Virus record (IMG/VR): IMGVR_UViG_3300049846_002561
Span: 1-64,000 of that record
DNA: 64,000 nt
Source of the DNA: a virus
Direction: 5' to 3' (one strand)
Shown here: positions 48,501-58,008 of the stretch, piece by piece
Layout of the letters: every line of letters begins with the position of its first letter
Position numbering within the stretch: position 1 is the stretch's first letter
Position numbers and translations under genes: made by a program
The notes under the pieces: generated by a model
What the model was told of the DNA's origin: nothing
What the model saw: the letters and a program-made list of their open reading frames with translations, nothing else
The model's database searches: none

Positions 48501-48833
48501 ATGGATGTACAAGTAATTGCGGCGTCTAACTTGACGCCTCCATCATCGGGATATAAAACTCTCTTCATTAACACTGAAGATAGCAACATTCTGTCGTGGA
48601 TGGACAGCTCTGGAACAGTAACGCGATTCACTGAAGGTGATGCCGACTGCTGTTGCGAGATCGCAAAGGAATATGCCGATGGCATTCTTTGCGCCCTGAA
48701 TAAGGGAATGCTAAGTCCTTCGGAGTTCAAGTCACTCGTTGATGCAGGGTTCACTATCAACTCTTCGTCTACAGACGACGGCGCTGGAAACAAAACATGC
48801 ACAGTAACATTTGGATCAGTAAACGTGTCTTAA
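48501..48833 (+). CDS. Hypothetical structural protein
   Basis: 110 aa containing DCCCE. Confidence 0.55.
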   Translation: MDVQVIAASNLTPPSSGYKTLFINTEDSNILSWMDSSGTVTRFTEGDADCCCEIAKEYADGILCALNKGMLSPSEFKSLVDAGFTINSSSTDDGAGNKTCTVTFGSVNVS

Positions 48834-48837
48834 TTTT

Positions 48838-49137
48838 ATGTCCGAGTTAGGGAAAACTCTTATCTCCGTAGAAAACACAGTGAAACTGGTGGTTTTATTA
48901 TCCGGCTTATCCGGTGTTATCTGGACCATAAAAATGGACAACCAAGCCCTGCGCACAGAAGTCATGCTTGCCGTTCAGGGATATAAGGCGGCAGACGAAA
49001 AAATTGAACTAAAGATCGAGAGCTTATCCAAAAACGACGATAGGCAGGATAAAGACATTGATTTCTTGACAACAAGTTTCTTTGCCCTTAATCCCGATCA
49101 ACCAAGAATAATGAAGAGAAGATATGAAAGTAAGTGA
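48838..49137 (+). CDS. Single-TM plus coiled-coil protein, possible holin
   Basis: LVVLLSGLSGVIWTI; directly before the endolysin. Confidence 0.45.
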   Translation: MSELGKTLISVENTVKLVVLLSGLSGVIWTIKMDNQALRTEVMLAVQGYKAADEKIELKIESLSKNDDRQDKDIDFLTTSFFALNPDQPRIMKRRYESK

Positions 49138-49570
49138 ACACTTCGTAGTACAGGAATTTGTATCTCCAGAGATATTCAATACTCCTGGCATAAATCCAAA
49201 GTGGTTTGTTAGCAGATGGCAGATCAGCGTAGCGGAGGCTTTAAAGAAGTACTTCTCTGCCATTGCCGGAAAAGAGGTGTTTATAACCATAAACAACTGG
49301 CACACCGGAGGCCCTCTTCAAAATAGAGGAACGCGTCACCCAAACACCTCAACCGGAGGAACCCTTTCTCAGCACAAGCTGATGAACGGCTTTGACTTCA
49401 ATGTTTCTGGGATGACATCCGATCAGGTTTATGATCATATCATGCAAAACCAAAAGGTGTTTATGGACATGGGAATTACCACCGTTGAAGATAAAACCAT
49501 GACAAAAGGGTGGACGCATATCGATGGAAGGATAACAGAACTTGATCATTTATTTATTGTAAAGCCGTAA
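49124..49570 (+). CDS. Endolysin, peptidase M15 family
   Basis: HF...EF, RGTR, SQH......D and WTHID Zn ligands. Confidence 0.8.
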   Translation: MKVSEHFVVQEFVSPEIFNTPGINPKWFVSRWQISVAEALKKYFSAIAGKEVFITINNWHTGGPLQNRGTRHPNTSTGGTLSQHKLMNGFDFNVSGMTSDQVYDHIMQNQKVFMDMGITTVEDKTMTKGWTHIDGRITELDHLFIVKP

Positions 49571-49572
49571 TA

Positions 49573-50097
49573 ATGGGATTTCCAAGTATAGCAAATTTAT
49601 TCAAGAAGTCAGCCGAGGGAGCTACCGGAGGGATACTTAAAGGTGCCGCCGATATCATCGGTAAGTTCGTTGCCGATCCAACCGAAAAAGCCAAGGCTCT
49701 AGCTGAGCTTGAGCAAGCCAAAATAAAGCACGAAGAAGAGATGGCAAAGATCGGCGTTGACATCGAGAGGCTTGAGCTTGAGAAAGATAAGGCCTACCTT
49801 GCGGACATGGACTCTGCAAGGAAGATGCAAGCCGCTGCCCTTCAGCAGGGGGATGTATTCTCGCGTAGGTTCATCTACTACTTTACCATTGGCCTTACTC
49901 TGGCAACAATGATATACGACTTCTGCTTCTTCTTTGTAAGTTACCCGGAAAGAAATCACGACGTTGTGAATATGATCGCCGGTGTACTGAATACCGGATG
50001 CTTAGTGTCTATCATTAACTTCTTCTACGGAAGCTCAAAGAGCTCTGAGAAAAAGCAGGACATGATAGAGAGAATGAATTTTTCAAACAAATCATAA
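49573..50097 (+). CDS. Holin-like membrane protein (3TM/GTA-holin-like)
   Basis: D..SAR motif, two hydrophobic helices, FFYGSS. Confidence 0.65.
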   Translation: MGFPSIANLFKKSAEGATGGILKGAADIIGKFVADPTEKAKALAELEQAKIKHEEEMAKIGVDIERLELEKDKAYLADMDSARKMQAAALQQGDVFSRRFIYYFTIGLTLATMIYDFCFFFVSYPERNHDVVNMIAGVLNTGCLVSIINFFYGSSKSSEKKQDMIERMNFSNKS

Positions 50098-50120
50098 GAA
50101 TTAAAAAATAGCAATACGCC

Positions 50121-50927
50121 ATGCAACTATTAAAGCTCACCGTTAGGTCAAGAAATGGAAAGATCCTTCCAACTCCAGAGGAGATGATTTTTGACATCGA
50201 CAACATAAAGTCGGTTATTTTCAGAAACGGGGAGCCTTACTTCGGTTTCCTTACCTTGGCGGAAAAAGGGTCCAAGATATTGAACTCGTATACCGTTATT
50301 GAAGATCCTTATCAGATCGCTGCTCAGAGCCAGAACTTACTTGTTCTAAGGGTTGTTTCGATAAAAGGAAGGGCTATTTCTGATACCAGGATCTTTGATG
50401 CCAGAAAGATCGTTGATACAATAACCGTTGACGATGATGGTAATTCGAAATTCCTATACCAGGAGAGTGATAATCCAAACCTCATAGAGTACGTTGTTTC
50501 GGATACCCTCACTGAGATATATGATCAGAATGCTGTTACTGGCGGTCAGGCTGGTGGCGGACAGGACCTTATATCCTTTGCTGTTTCCGATGAAACAACC
50601 GGAATTGTTACCGCCAATGACCTGATAAAGACACACGCCCCGTTCGATTTCACGCTTGACGATCTCTTCGCAGGCCTTACCACTGTCATTCAAGGTGGAG
50701 CTGCCGATCCTCTTGAGGTGGACATAAAGAAGAATGGAGTTTCCATCTTTGGCACCACAAAGCTTATGATCGATCCAGGAGAGGAGACATCTCTTACTGC
50801 AGCCTCGCAGCCTAGCATTGCCACAACTTCATTCGTGAAGGGTGATGCCATCACCGTTGATGTCCTTGACGGGTCTGACAATACAGCAACGGGCCTAAAG
50901 ATATACATGAACGTAACAAGAGTGTAA
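50121..50927 (+). CDS. Hypothetical structural protein with two N-terminal repeats
   Basis: Two ~65-aa similar modules, then a beta domain (VDIKKNGVSIF...GD.ITVDV...GLK) seen in phage virion proteins. Confidence 0.6.
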   Translation: MQLLKLTVRSRNGKILPTPEEMIFDIDNIKSVIFRNGEPYFGFLTLAEKGSKILNSYTVIEDPYQIAAQSQNLLVLRVVSIKGRAISDTRIFDARKIVDTITVDDDGNSKFLYQESDNPNLIEYVVSDTLTEIYDQNAVTGGQAGGGQDLISFAVSDETTGIVTANDLIKTHAPFDFTLDDLFAGLTTVIQGGAADPLEVDIKKNGVSIFGTTKLMIDPGEETSLTAASQPSIATTSFVKGDAITVDVLDGSDNTATGLKIYMNVTRV

Positions 50928-50930
50928 TAG

Positions 50931-51716
50931 ATGGTTATAAATCCATATACGTACTCTCTGGAGGATCCGGATGCTGACCTTTACTTTAGTCAGCTTACCG
51001 GAACGGTGAGTGATCAGTTCAAGCACGATGTAAAGGTTCTTGTCCACAAGCTCAAGAAGCAGAATATGTGGAACAAGCTAGATCGCTTATGGCTTCTCGC
51101 TACAGAGAATCAACAGAACTCAACAATATCGTTGGTTAACCCGCTGTCTACACCGTTAACCGAGTATAATAACCCTACATGGACCGCTAATCAAGGTTAC
51201 ACCGGTAATAGCGGGGCTAGCTCGTATATTGATACAAATTACAACTGTAGCATAGATGGCGTTGCCTTTCAGCAGGACAGTGGTTGTTTATTCATGTACT
51301 CAAGAACAAATTTAGATGGTGTGGTTAATGATATAGGCGTTGTTACCCAATTCCCTCAAAACATAAACTGCCTTACGCTCAGGAACTCAAACTTAATGGA
51401 TCCGTATCTGAATAGTCCATCTCAAAACACTCAGATACCATGTACAGATAGTAGGGGATTCTTTGTGTGTAACAGGAACAGCCCTACGCTTATTGAAGTC
51501 TACAAGAATGGGACGCTGTTTGGGTCTACACCAGGCAACAGCACGGCTGTACCTTTCTTGAACAACTTCTTGCTTTGCATAAACTATCTAGGAAATCCAG
51601 GATTCTATTCCGACAGACAGCTTGCCGTTGCCGGATTTGGGGGTGGAGACCTTAATCAAACTCTCTTTAATGCTGCAATACAGGAATTTGCCGTAGCCAG
51701 AGGGTTCAACATATAG
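50931..51716 (+). CDS. Hypothetical virion protein, concanavalin/LamG-like
   Basis: GYTGN....YIDT, VYKNG; beta-rich. Confidence 0.55.
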   Translation: MVINPYTYSLEDPDADLYFSQLTGTVSDQFKHDVKVLVHKLKKQNMWNKLDRLWLLATENQQNSTISLVNPLSTPLTEYNNPTWTANQGYTGNSGASSYIDTNYNCSIDGVAFQQDSGCLFMYSRTNLDGVVNDIGVVTQFPQNINCLTLRNSNLMDPYLNSPSQNTQIPCTDSRGFFVCNRNSPTLIEVYKNGTLFGSTPGNSTAVPFLNNFLLCINYLGNPGFYSDRQLAVAGFGGGDLNQTLFNAAIQEFAVARGFNI

Positions 51717-51751
51717 TCGCGTTTTTACATTAAAATGATTAAATTTGTATC

Positions 51752-52069
51752 ATGCCAAAGACATCATCAATATCACTACTAGCCAATGCAATGACTGTGA
51801 CCAGAGATCCGGTTGCCGACAACATTGCTGAGGTGTACCCTAAAAGTCAAATCGTTGACGTGCAGGGCGCTTTCATGCAAAAGCCCATTAACGCTCAAGA
51901 GGGCGAGTGGCATTACAAGTACGACACCATGACCATGCTTTGCCTAAGACTCAGCAATGGTGTGGAGCAGCGCATTGAACTGCAAGAGGTGTCTAATCAG
52001 GCTACGTGGAATACAGGATTATTAACCGGTCTGCAGCAAGCTGTTGCAGACATTCAAACTTGGCTATAA
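51752..52069 (+). CDS. Hypothetical protein
   Basis: 105 aa; TAAATTTG 4 nt upstream. Confidence 0.6.
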   Translation: MPKTSSISLLANAMTVTRDPVADNIAEVYPKSQIVDVQGAFMQKPINAQEGEWHYKYDTMTMLCLRLSNGVEQRIELQEVSNQATWNTGLLTGLQQAVADIQTWL

Positions 52070-52329
52070 TGGGACAAAAAATTTGCGACGTAAGTATTCG
52101 TACCGCCGATAATGGCGTGATCATCAATTACACATTAAAAACAAAGAGGTCTGGATCGGGTCCATACGATGACTACAGCCACGACTACAAAACTGAAGTG
52201 TTTGATTGTGATGAAGAGGAAGATCTAATGGAGGCTCTTGAGCGATTCAAGTCTCTATTCATTCAATCAATGAAGGATAATTCATCCAAGATGATGATGC
52301 CTTCACTTCACGAAAAATCGGAAGAGTAA
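52069..52329 (+). CDS. Hypothetical protein
   Basis: ATG 52069 (TAATG coupling) preferred over the track start at 52006. Confidence 0.55.
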   Translation: MGQKICDVSIRTADNGVIINYTLKTKRSGSGPYDDYSHDYKTEVFDCDEEEDLMEALERFKSLFIQSMKDNSSKMMMPSLHEKSEE

Positions 52330-52337
52330 TTTTAGTT

Positions 52338-52379
52338 AAACAAAAAAGCCAGGCATTCAATATCCTGGCTTTTTTGTTT
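52338..52379. terminator. Bidirectional terminator between convergent modules
   Basis: AAACAAAAAAGCCAGG...CCTGGCTTTTTTGTTT. Confidence 0.9.
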
Positions 52380-52738
52380 TAGAAGTCTGGAAGATCGTCT
52401 TCTTTTGGTTTCTCTAAAGAGGGCTCTTTTCTATTGAGGATCACGTCCCTCATGTCTTTCTCCTCGACCGGCTCCTCGTTTAACACCTCTTCCGGAGGGG
52501 TATCCTTCATTTCCATCTCGTAGGTTACCTTGAGTTCAACGCCCATCTTACTTGACGATATGAGCTCGCATAGATCGCGAAGGGTAACCTTGTGCACCTT
52601 CGCTACACTTGCCGATACGCCTGTCATTTTTGAGATAACATCAATGCGACTTGTTTTCATCACCTTGCATATCTCATCAAACATGGCGGAGATATCCCCG
52701 TTGCTTAACGAGGATATCTTTATGTAGTTCTTTGCCAT
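52379..52738 (-). CDS. Hypothetical protein, possible HTH, with acidic tail
   Basis: DVISKMTGVSAS; ends EDDLPDF. Confidence 0.55.
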   Translation of the reverse strand: MAKNYIKISSLSNGDISAMFDEICKVMKTSRIDVISKMTGVSASVAKVHKVTLRDLCELISSSKMGVELKVTYEMEMKDTPPEEVLNEEPVEEKDMRDVILNRKEPSLEKPKEDDLPDF

Positions 52739-52747
52739 GTCTTAACC

Positions 52748-53284
52748 TTAGAATGGTAGATCGTCGTCGTCCTCTGGATATGTGCTCGCCGAAGTCTTTG
52801 TGGTGCTTTGAGACGCGTCCTGAGTAGATTGAGATGTTCCCGCAGGAGTCTCTTTCTTTGTCGTTCCTCCAAGGGAAGCATACGATACAGCGTCACCGTC
52901 AACAAACAGATCCCAGATGTGATATGAGTTTGTTTGCGAGTACGGGGTTTTGGTGTCATATCCTTGCTTGTGTTTGCGCCCCTTGTACTGAATGCCTACG
53001 TAGGCTCCGATGGCTACCTCGTCAAACTTTTTGTCAAGGACAACTCCTCCCGAAACGTCCCACTTTTCTCCAAGGGTGCCGTCATCATTGATCTTGTGAA
53101 TGGTGTGAATGACGAAGTTACCGTCTTTCCCTTTTTGCTCGCGGCTACCCATGTAATAGCCTTCCATGAAGTTGTCGGACTTCTTGTCACTCATCTTGAA
53201 GCCATTCTTTTCCGTCATCTGTGGCTTCCACTGATTTTCGTTCGATTCTGAAACCTTGTTCCAGTTCCTTTTTGTCTGTGTCAT
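52748..53284 (-). CDS. ssb: Single-stranded DNA-binding protein
   Basis: OB-fold-like core, S/T/Q linker, C-terminal DDDDLPF. Confidence 0.75.
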   Translation of the reverse strand: MTQTKRNWNKVSESNENQWKPQMTEKNGFKMSDKKSDNFMEGYYMGSREQKGKDGNFVIHTIHKINDDGTLGEKWDVSGGVVLDKKFDEVAIGAYVGIQYKGRKHKQGYDTKTPYSQTNSYHIWDLFVDGDAVSYASLGGTTKKETPAGTSQSTQDASQSTTKTSASTYPEDDDDLPF

Positions 53285-53534
53285 CTTTTCTTTTTTGTTT
53301 TTGGTTATACTTATTTGTTGCTATCTCCTCCCTTATGGAGTCAATGTATTGATATAATTGTTTGAACTCGCCTTCCCGGAGATTCATGAGGTCTCGCTTC
53401 AGCCTCCTCACAGATTCCCAGTTGTCGTTGTACTCTAAGTTAGCGGCATCCTTACTCATTTCAACAAGCCTGGAAATGACATTGTTTATGTGAGGAAGGA
53501 CCAGTCGCTTCTTAGTGATTCTTGTTGTATTCAT
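53187..53534 (-). CDS. Hypothetical protein
   Basis: 115-aa helical ORF whose 3' end overlaps ssb. Confidence 0.5.
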   Translation of the reverse strand: MNTTRITKKRLVLPHINNVISRLVEMSKDAANLEYNDNWESVRRLKRDLMNLREGEFKQLYQYIDSIREEIATNKYNQKQKRKDDTDKKELEQGFRIERKSVEATDDGKEWLQDE

Positions 53535-53814
53535 CCTCTAGATCTGCTTTTACTTTCTTTGCGTCGAAGTCACTCTTAACCACAAACTGAACCCGAGGCT
53601 CTATCCCTAATAAATCCAGCATTTTCTCGAATTGCTCTTTTGTTATTTCGCAGTTACTTGCATTCACGGAGTTTATGTATGAAGACATAAAGCTGTGGTA
53701 ATTATACTTTATGTGGTTACACACGTGCCTCAAGGGAATACTGTTCTCGGTCACTCTTTTTATTATGACCTTCTTTAACTCGTTACTACCGAGGTATGTC
53801 TTTAGTATGTTCAC
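53512..53814 (-). CDS. Hypothetical protein, possible HTH
   Basis: 100-aa ORF in the operon. Confidence 0.55.
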   Translation of the reverse strand: MNILKTYLGSNELKKVIIKRVTENSIPLRHVCNHIKYNYHSFMSSYINSVNASNCEITKEQFEKMLDLLGIEPRVQFVVKSDFDAKKVKADLEDEYNKNH

Positions 53815-54101
53815 TTTTTCGCTCCGACAATGATCACGCGGCCACTAAGCCTATCGCGTAGATCCTCATACTTTTCAGAAATAAGCATGGTGTCAGATTC
53901 AACTTCCTCGGATGGATCCTTGCCGGTCATCTTTTTCTTTGAGAATAAGACGATCAGCGTTGCGTCTCCATCGAAGTCATCCTTGGCAGTTTTATGCCAT
54001 GGGCGAAATGTCTTTATTTCGCTTACTTGAAGAACTTCCGGTACCAGTACCTTAATTCCGTTTCTGTTTGTAACTACTCTAGTTAGTTCAATGAAATCCA
54101 T
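53811..54101 (-). CDS. Hypothetical protein
   Basis: 96 aa; TATATTTG (54113-54106) 4 nt upstream. Confidence 0.6.
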   Translation of the reverse strand: MDFIELTRVVTNRNGIKVLVPEVLQVSEIKTFRPWHKTAKDDFDGDATLIVLFSKKKMTGKDPSEEVESDTMLISEKYEDLRDRLSGRVIIVGAKK

Positions 54102-54118
54102 ATCACAAATATATGGTT

Positions 54119-54532
54119 TTAACCCAAATACTCATCAATAATTTTTACAGCCTCATTGAACCCACATGCAAATACAGCCTTGTAGCCCTCCTCTTCAAGG
54201 GCTTGAAGGACCTCGTACTGCTCCTCCAGGTGCTTCCCCGCCCTCACGGCTTTACCCCCTTTCTTGAATACAGCAAAACCCTCGCGCTTCAATTCTATGA
54301 ATAGGCCGTTGTACCTTTTGTATGCCTTTCCGGTCTCATCGCTCTTTACGGATGCTTTTGCAATGAACAGGTCCGGCAACCCTCTTGACGACCTCATGCG
54401 CTTGTGCATTGCCGCAACATGAATCCTTAGTTTCATGCCGCTGGCTAGATCACATGTGAATATGGTGTTTGGATACTTTCTGCGTATGTAATCACATACG
54501 GCGAGCTGAACTTTCTCTTCTTTCTTTTGCAT
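54119..54532 (-). CDS. VRR-NUC (PD-(D/E)xK) nuclease
   Basis: E..VQ, GLPDLFI, FIELK, Q..V...L...GY. Confidence 0.85.
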   Translation of the reverse strand: MQKKEEKVQLAVCDYIRRKYPNTIFTCDLASGMKLRIHVAAMHKRMRSSRGLPDLFIAKASVKSDETGKAYKRYNGLFIELKREGFAVFKKGGKAVRAGKHLEEQYEVLQALEEEGYKAVFACGFNEAVKIIDEYLG

Positions 54533-56529
54533 TATTGTAGTTTTACTTCGTACTTATACGCTTCGTAACTCTCTACCCTTAACCTCAAGGTGTCGTCCAC
54601 CTCAATGATCGCATCGACAACCCCTCCGTTACCCCTTTTATCTACGAATTTAAGGTAAAATTTCTTTTCGGTATAGATGATGTCGTCGCTTATTTTGTCC
54701 GGGGATAGGTTTTCCATACTCGCTAACAGAGATGTTGAGAAGTACCCGTCCATGTTAGCCACTGTCTTCACCCCTCCACGACATACGGGGCCGCTATCCC
54801 TCTTCAGCTTGTCTGGCTGGCCGGATATGTGGAGCAATCCAATCACGCATACATCACCCTTCTTGGCTATCTCCTTGCAGGCACGTGTATTCTCAATGGT
54901 AGCGCGTATCTCGTCCATGCCGTATTGGTCCATTTGCGTTACGCCATCGATATACACCTCTTCGATCTTCTTTCCGGTCTTTGCTTCAATGTGCTTTATT
55001 GTGGCAATCACGTTCTCTTCATTGAAGCCGGACCCGTTAACGAACAGCAGGTTGTTGTCAAGAACTTTGTTCATTTCTTTTATGAAATCACCCATGTTGT
55101 CCTTTGATATCTGACCGGTTTTTATTGCCTGCTGTAGGTTTATTGCCATTGCCAGCAATGATAGCCTTTCGTACCACTGCATTGTTGACATCTCTCCGTT
55201 AAGGTACAGCACCGGCTTGCCATTCAGGGCGGACACAAAGGCAAGGAACTGGGAAAGCACAGACTTGAACGTTCCTCCCACGCCGATAACGCCGTAGAAG
55301 TTACCCCTCTTCTTACCACCACCCATGGCTATATCGATATTCTCAAAAGTGGTAGGGTTTCCGGATAGGTCGGAACCAATGATGCTCGCCAGGATATCCT
55401 CGGCATTCACGTAGTTCAGTTTTACGTCGTTAAGACCGTCGGCCTCCTTCTTCTTGTATAGCTCTACTGCCTCGTTCATGATCTTACCTAGGCTTTTGCC
55501 CTTGAACGATATAAAGCCCTTGGCCTGATAAAAGGCGCCGATCTTCTTCATGATATTGTATGATTCCTCGTTGGATACGCCATGGGCGTACAGCAACGAT
55601 GTCATCCTCATTATATCATCAAGCACAACGTCATCGGAGAAGTTCTGGTTGTATGCCGGAGGCATAAACTCCTTGGATCCTATGTCCTTAACCTCAACCG
55701 ATCCATGCTCGTGCACGTTGTGGTAATATGCGTTCTTTACGCACTGCGTCGTCTCTTCAACTGTAAGGTCCGTAAATTTGTTGGCGCATAGCGAAAGCGT
55801 TGTTTCCTGCACCACCCCGCACCTATTCATAGCGCATGCAAGGGCATGAACATACCGATTCCTTGACCCTTCAGCATATACCATCGTCCTATTCACCCAT
55901 GATTCGCATAGCCTGAATATCTTCTCTGAGTCCTTTGTAGACGCTACGTTCTCTAGGGCTGCTGGCTGAACATACGACTTAACCTCTCCATACCTTATGT
56001 CCACCTCAAACACGCTGCTACCTTCGTTGAGGTACATGTTTGGATCAAAGGACACGAAGCATAGCCGGCACACGTCCTTCCCACTGTCATCGATCTTCAT
56101 GCAGTACTTATCTTCAAACACCTTCTGCAGGTGCAGGAATGCTGACTTATGGTGCTCAGGTCCATTATTTACTTTCACGAGTATCTTTATCCCCTTTCCA
56201 GAAGGAGACGTGAAGGCAGCGTATACGTATGGATCCTCTTTGAACTGGCTCTTGAGCTTCATTATCACCACCTCATCGATGTTATCGATGTCTAGGATTA
56301 CCATCCCCGAATACTTGATGATCTTTGAAGCCAGCCTCTCTGAAAATGTTCCCGAGAAGGTAACTGCAGGAAGGTTCTTTTTAGCCTCCTTGTATTCCTC
56401 CTTGCTCATCCCTCTCAGAGACATTATCTTCCCAGACCACTTACCGTCCTGTATCCTCTTTAAGATCGTATCGTGAGATACATCTGCGGGAACAGTGTGC
56501 GTGGCCGTCTTAAACATTGATACCATCAT
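54532..56529 (-). CDS. Primase-helicase: BT4734/VirE-N primase + PriCT-like + DnaB/RecA-type helicase
   Basis: K..LPAVTFSG, LDID, SPSG.GIK, D.SGKDV.RLCF; GSRN; GVGGTFKS, YLNGEM, YIDG. Confidence 0.8.
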   Translation of the reverse strand: MMVSMFKTATHTVPADVSHDTILKRIQDGKWSGKIMSLRGMSKEEYKEAKKNLPAVTFSGTFSERLASKIIKYSGMVILDIDNIDEVVIMKLKSQFKEDPYVYAAFTSPSGKGIKILVKVNNGPEHHKSAFLHLQKVFEDKYCMKIDDSGKDVCRLCFVSFDPNMYLNEGSSVFEVDIRYGEVKSYVQPAALENVASTKDSEKIFRLCESWVNRTMVYAEGSRNRYVHALACAMNRCGVVQETTLSLCANKFTDLTVEETTQCVKNAYYHNVHEHGSVEVKDIGSKEFMPPAYNQNFSDDVVLDDIMRMTSLLYAHGVSNEESYNIMKKIGAFYQAKGFISFKGKSLGKIMNEAVELYKKKEADGLNDVKLNYVNAEDILASIIGSDLSGNPTTFENIDIAMGGGKKRGNFYGVIGVGGTFKSVLSQFLAFVSALNGKPVLYLNGEMSTMQWYERLSLLAMAINLQQAIKTGQISKDNMGDFIKEMNKVLDNNLLFVNGSGFNEENVIATIKHIEAKTGKKIEEVYIDGVTQMDQYGMDEIRATIENTRACKEIAKKGDVCVIGLLHISGQPDKLKRDSGPVCRGGVKTVANMDGYFSTSLLASMENLSPDKISDDIIYTEKKFYLKFVDKRGNGGVVDAIIEVDDTLRLRVESYEAYKYEVKLQ

Positions 56530-57662
56530 ACCTTAACGCTTTGCGCCAGAAAACAAAATTGATCCTCACCGACAGGCTTTATGAACACCGGAATCTTCGC
56601 ATCTGCGGAGAAGTGAATGGACATCTCATCCGCATATATGCAGGAAAGAATGTTCAGAATGTTGTCGGAGTCAAAACCTCTACTTAGAGCCTCTAGTCCG
56701 GAGTTCTTTACGGTGATCACTTCCTCTCCATCCTTTTGATAGGCGGAGTTGCTTGAGGTCATGGTCACCGTTTCATTGCCGTCAAAAGACATGGAGAACA
56801 GCTTAATAGACCCATCCTCAGAGTATAGCTTTAGCCTTTTTATGGCATTCCTGAACTCAGAGGTGTTTAGGATTATACACTCGTCCTTCTTTTTTCTGAA
56901 CAGCATCTCGCTGTCGGGGAAGGCAGTGGTCATTGATGTTGTGATGATCTCGAACTTCTCCACGGTGTCATCCGTAAAAAGTATCATCTTATCCTTTCCG
57001 TGGCAGATCACAATCTCACCGGTGTCATTGAGTAGGCTAGCGATCTTATTGGCGCTATCCTTTGGAAGGATGAAGTTATTGAACCACGCGCCTATGCTTA
57101 CCGGTGAGGTCTCCGTCCTTCCCATTGACTTTCTGTCAAGGGCGGTGAATATGATCTTATTGTTGATATTGTTGATGTTGATGCCCTGGTTGGATACGTT
57201 AGTGTCCATGTTGTCGATGAACTTCTTGGACATGCGTATGCCGGTACGAAGGTCATGCTGGTACATTATGAACTCACTCTCATCTGACAACCTCGCCATC
57301 GGCATCATCGGGTAGTCTTCGGCCTTACACCACGACGAAATGTTGTATTTACTCTTTCCGCTTTTGATCTCTATCTTATCCTCTCCCTTTAGGGTGAAGG
57401 TGAGCTCATTCTCCACTAGAAGGTCTATGGTCTTCATGAGCAGAGTTGCCGGAAGACAAAAGGAAATGTCCTCGGAACTTTTAACCTTGCAGAACATCTT
57501 TATCTGACATTGAGCGTCACCACCCACCATCTCCATCTCCTCTCCCTTTACTGTGAACTTTATGTTCTCTTGGGCGGGGATCACCGTGTTTGATGGGATG
57601 AACTTATACACCTTCTTTATCTTGTCGAGCAGGTATTCCCTGTCAAATTTTAGTTTTTTCAT
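56526..57662 (-). CDS. dnaN: DNA polymerase III beta sliding clamp homolog
   Basis: 378 aa; IP..ENI, AEDYP, ALDR, FPD and three-domain clamp length. Confidence 0.8.
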   Translation of the reverse strand: MKKLKFDREYLLDKIKKVYKFIPSNTVIPAQENIKFTVKGEEMEMVGGDAQCQIKMFCKVKSSEDISFCLPATLLMKTIDLLVENELTFTLKGEDKIEIKSGKSKYNISSWCKAEDYPMMPMARLSDESEFIMYQHDLRTGIRMSKKFIDNMDTNVSNQGININNINNKIIFTALDRKSMGRTETSPVSIGAWFNNFILPKDSANKIASLLNDTGEIVICHGKDKMILFTDDTVEKFEIITTSMTTAFPDSEMLFRKKKDECIILNTSEFRNAIKRLKLYSEDGSIKLFSMSFDGNETVTMTSSNSAYQKDGEEVITVKNSGLEALSRGFDSDNILNILSCIYADEMSIHFSADAKIPVFIKPVGEDQFCFLAQSVKV

Positions 57663-58008
57663 GTTTTACCAGTTGGTCTTTAATTTTGAAGTACAGTTGC
57701 TTTTTCCTTATCAGAAGGGATATCAGGGAGTCGTAACTCTCCCTGTAGTTGTTGAAGTCCTCATCTTCATTGATAAAAATGTCGTGATCCTTCAGGTGAG
57801 GATGATTGAACACTTTGATACGTCCTCTTTCTAGGCGCGGACGGATGACGAAATAACCCAAGTACTCCACGAGGGACCCGTTGATCGATATTGCGTACAA
57901 TATACGTCCCATAACGACGACATTCTTTCTGTTTGCGGGAGTTACTAACGTATAATCTTTCAACTCCTGGGGTTTGATCTTCCATCCCGGCGTATTGTAA
58001 TTGCTCAT
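57643..58008 (-). CDS. Hypothetical protein
   Basis: 121-aa coupled ORF. Confidence 0.55.
   Translation of the reverse strand: MSNYNTPGWKIKPQELKDYTLVTPANRKNVVVMGRILYAISINGSLVEYLGYFVIRPRLERGRIKVFNHPHLKDHDIFINEDEDFNNYRESYDSLISLLIRKKQLYFKIKDQLVKHEKTKI

Noticed and set aside
45678-52329. Diversity-generating retroelement or invertible tail-fibre locus
   Set aside because: No reverse transcriptase, invertase or adenine-variant repeat pair was seen by eye.
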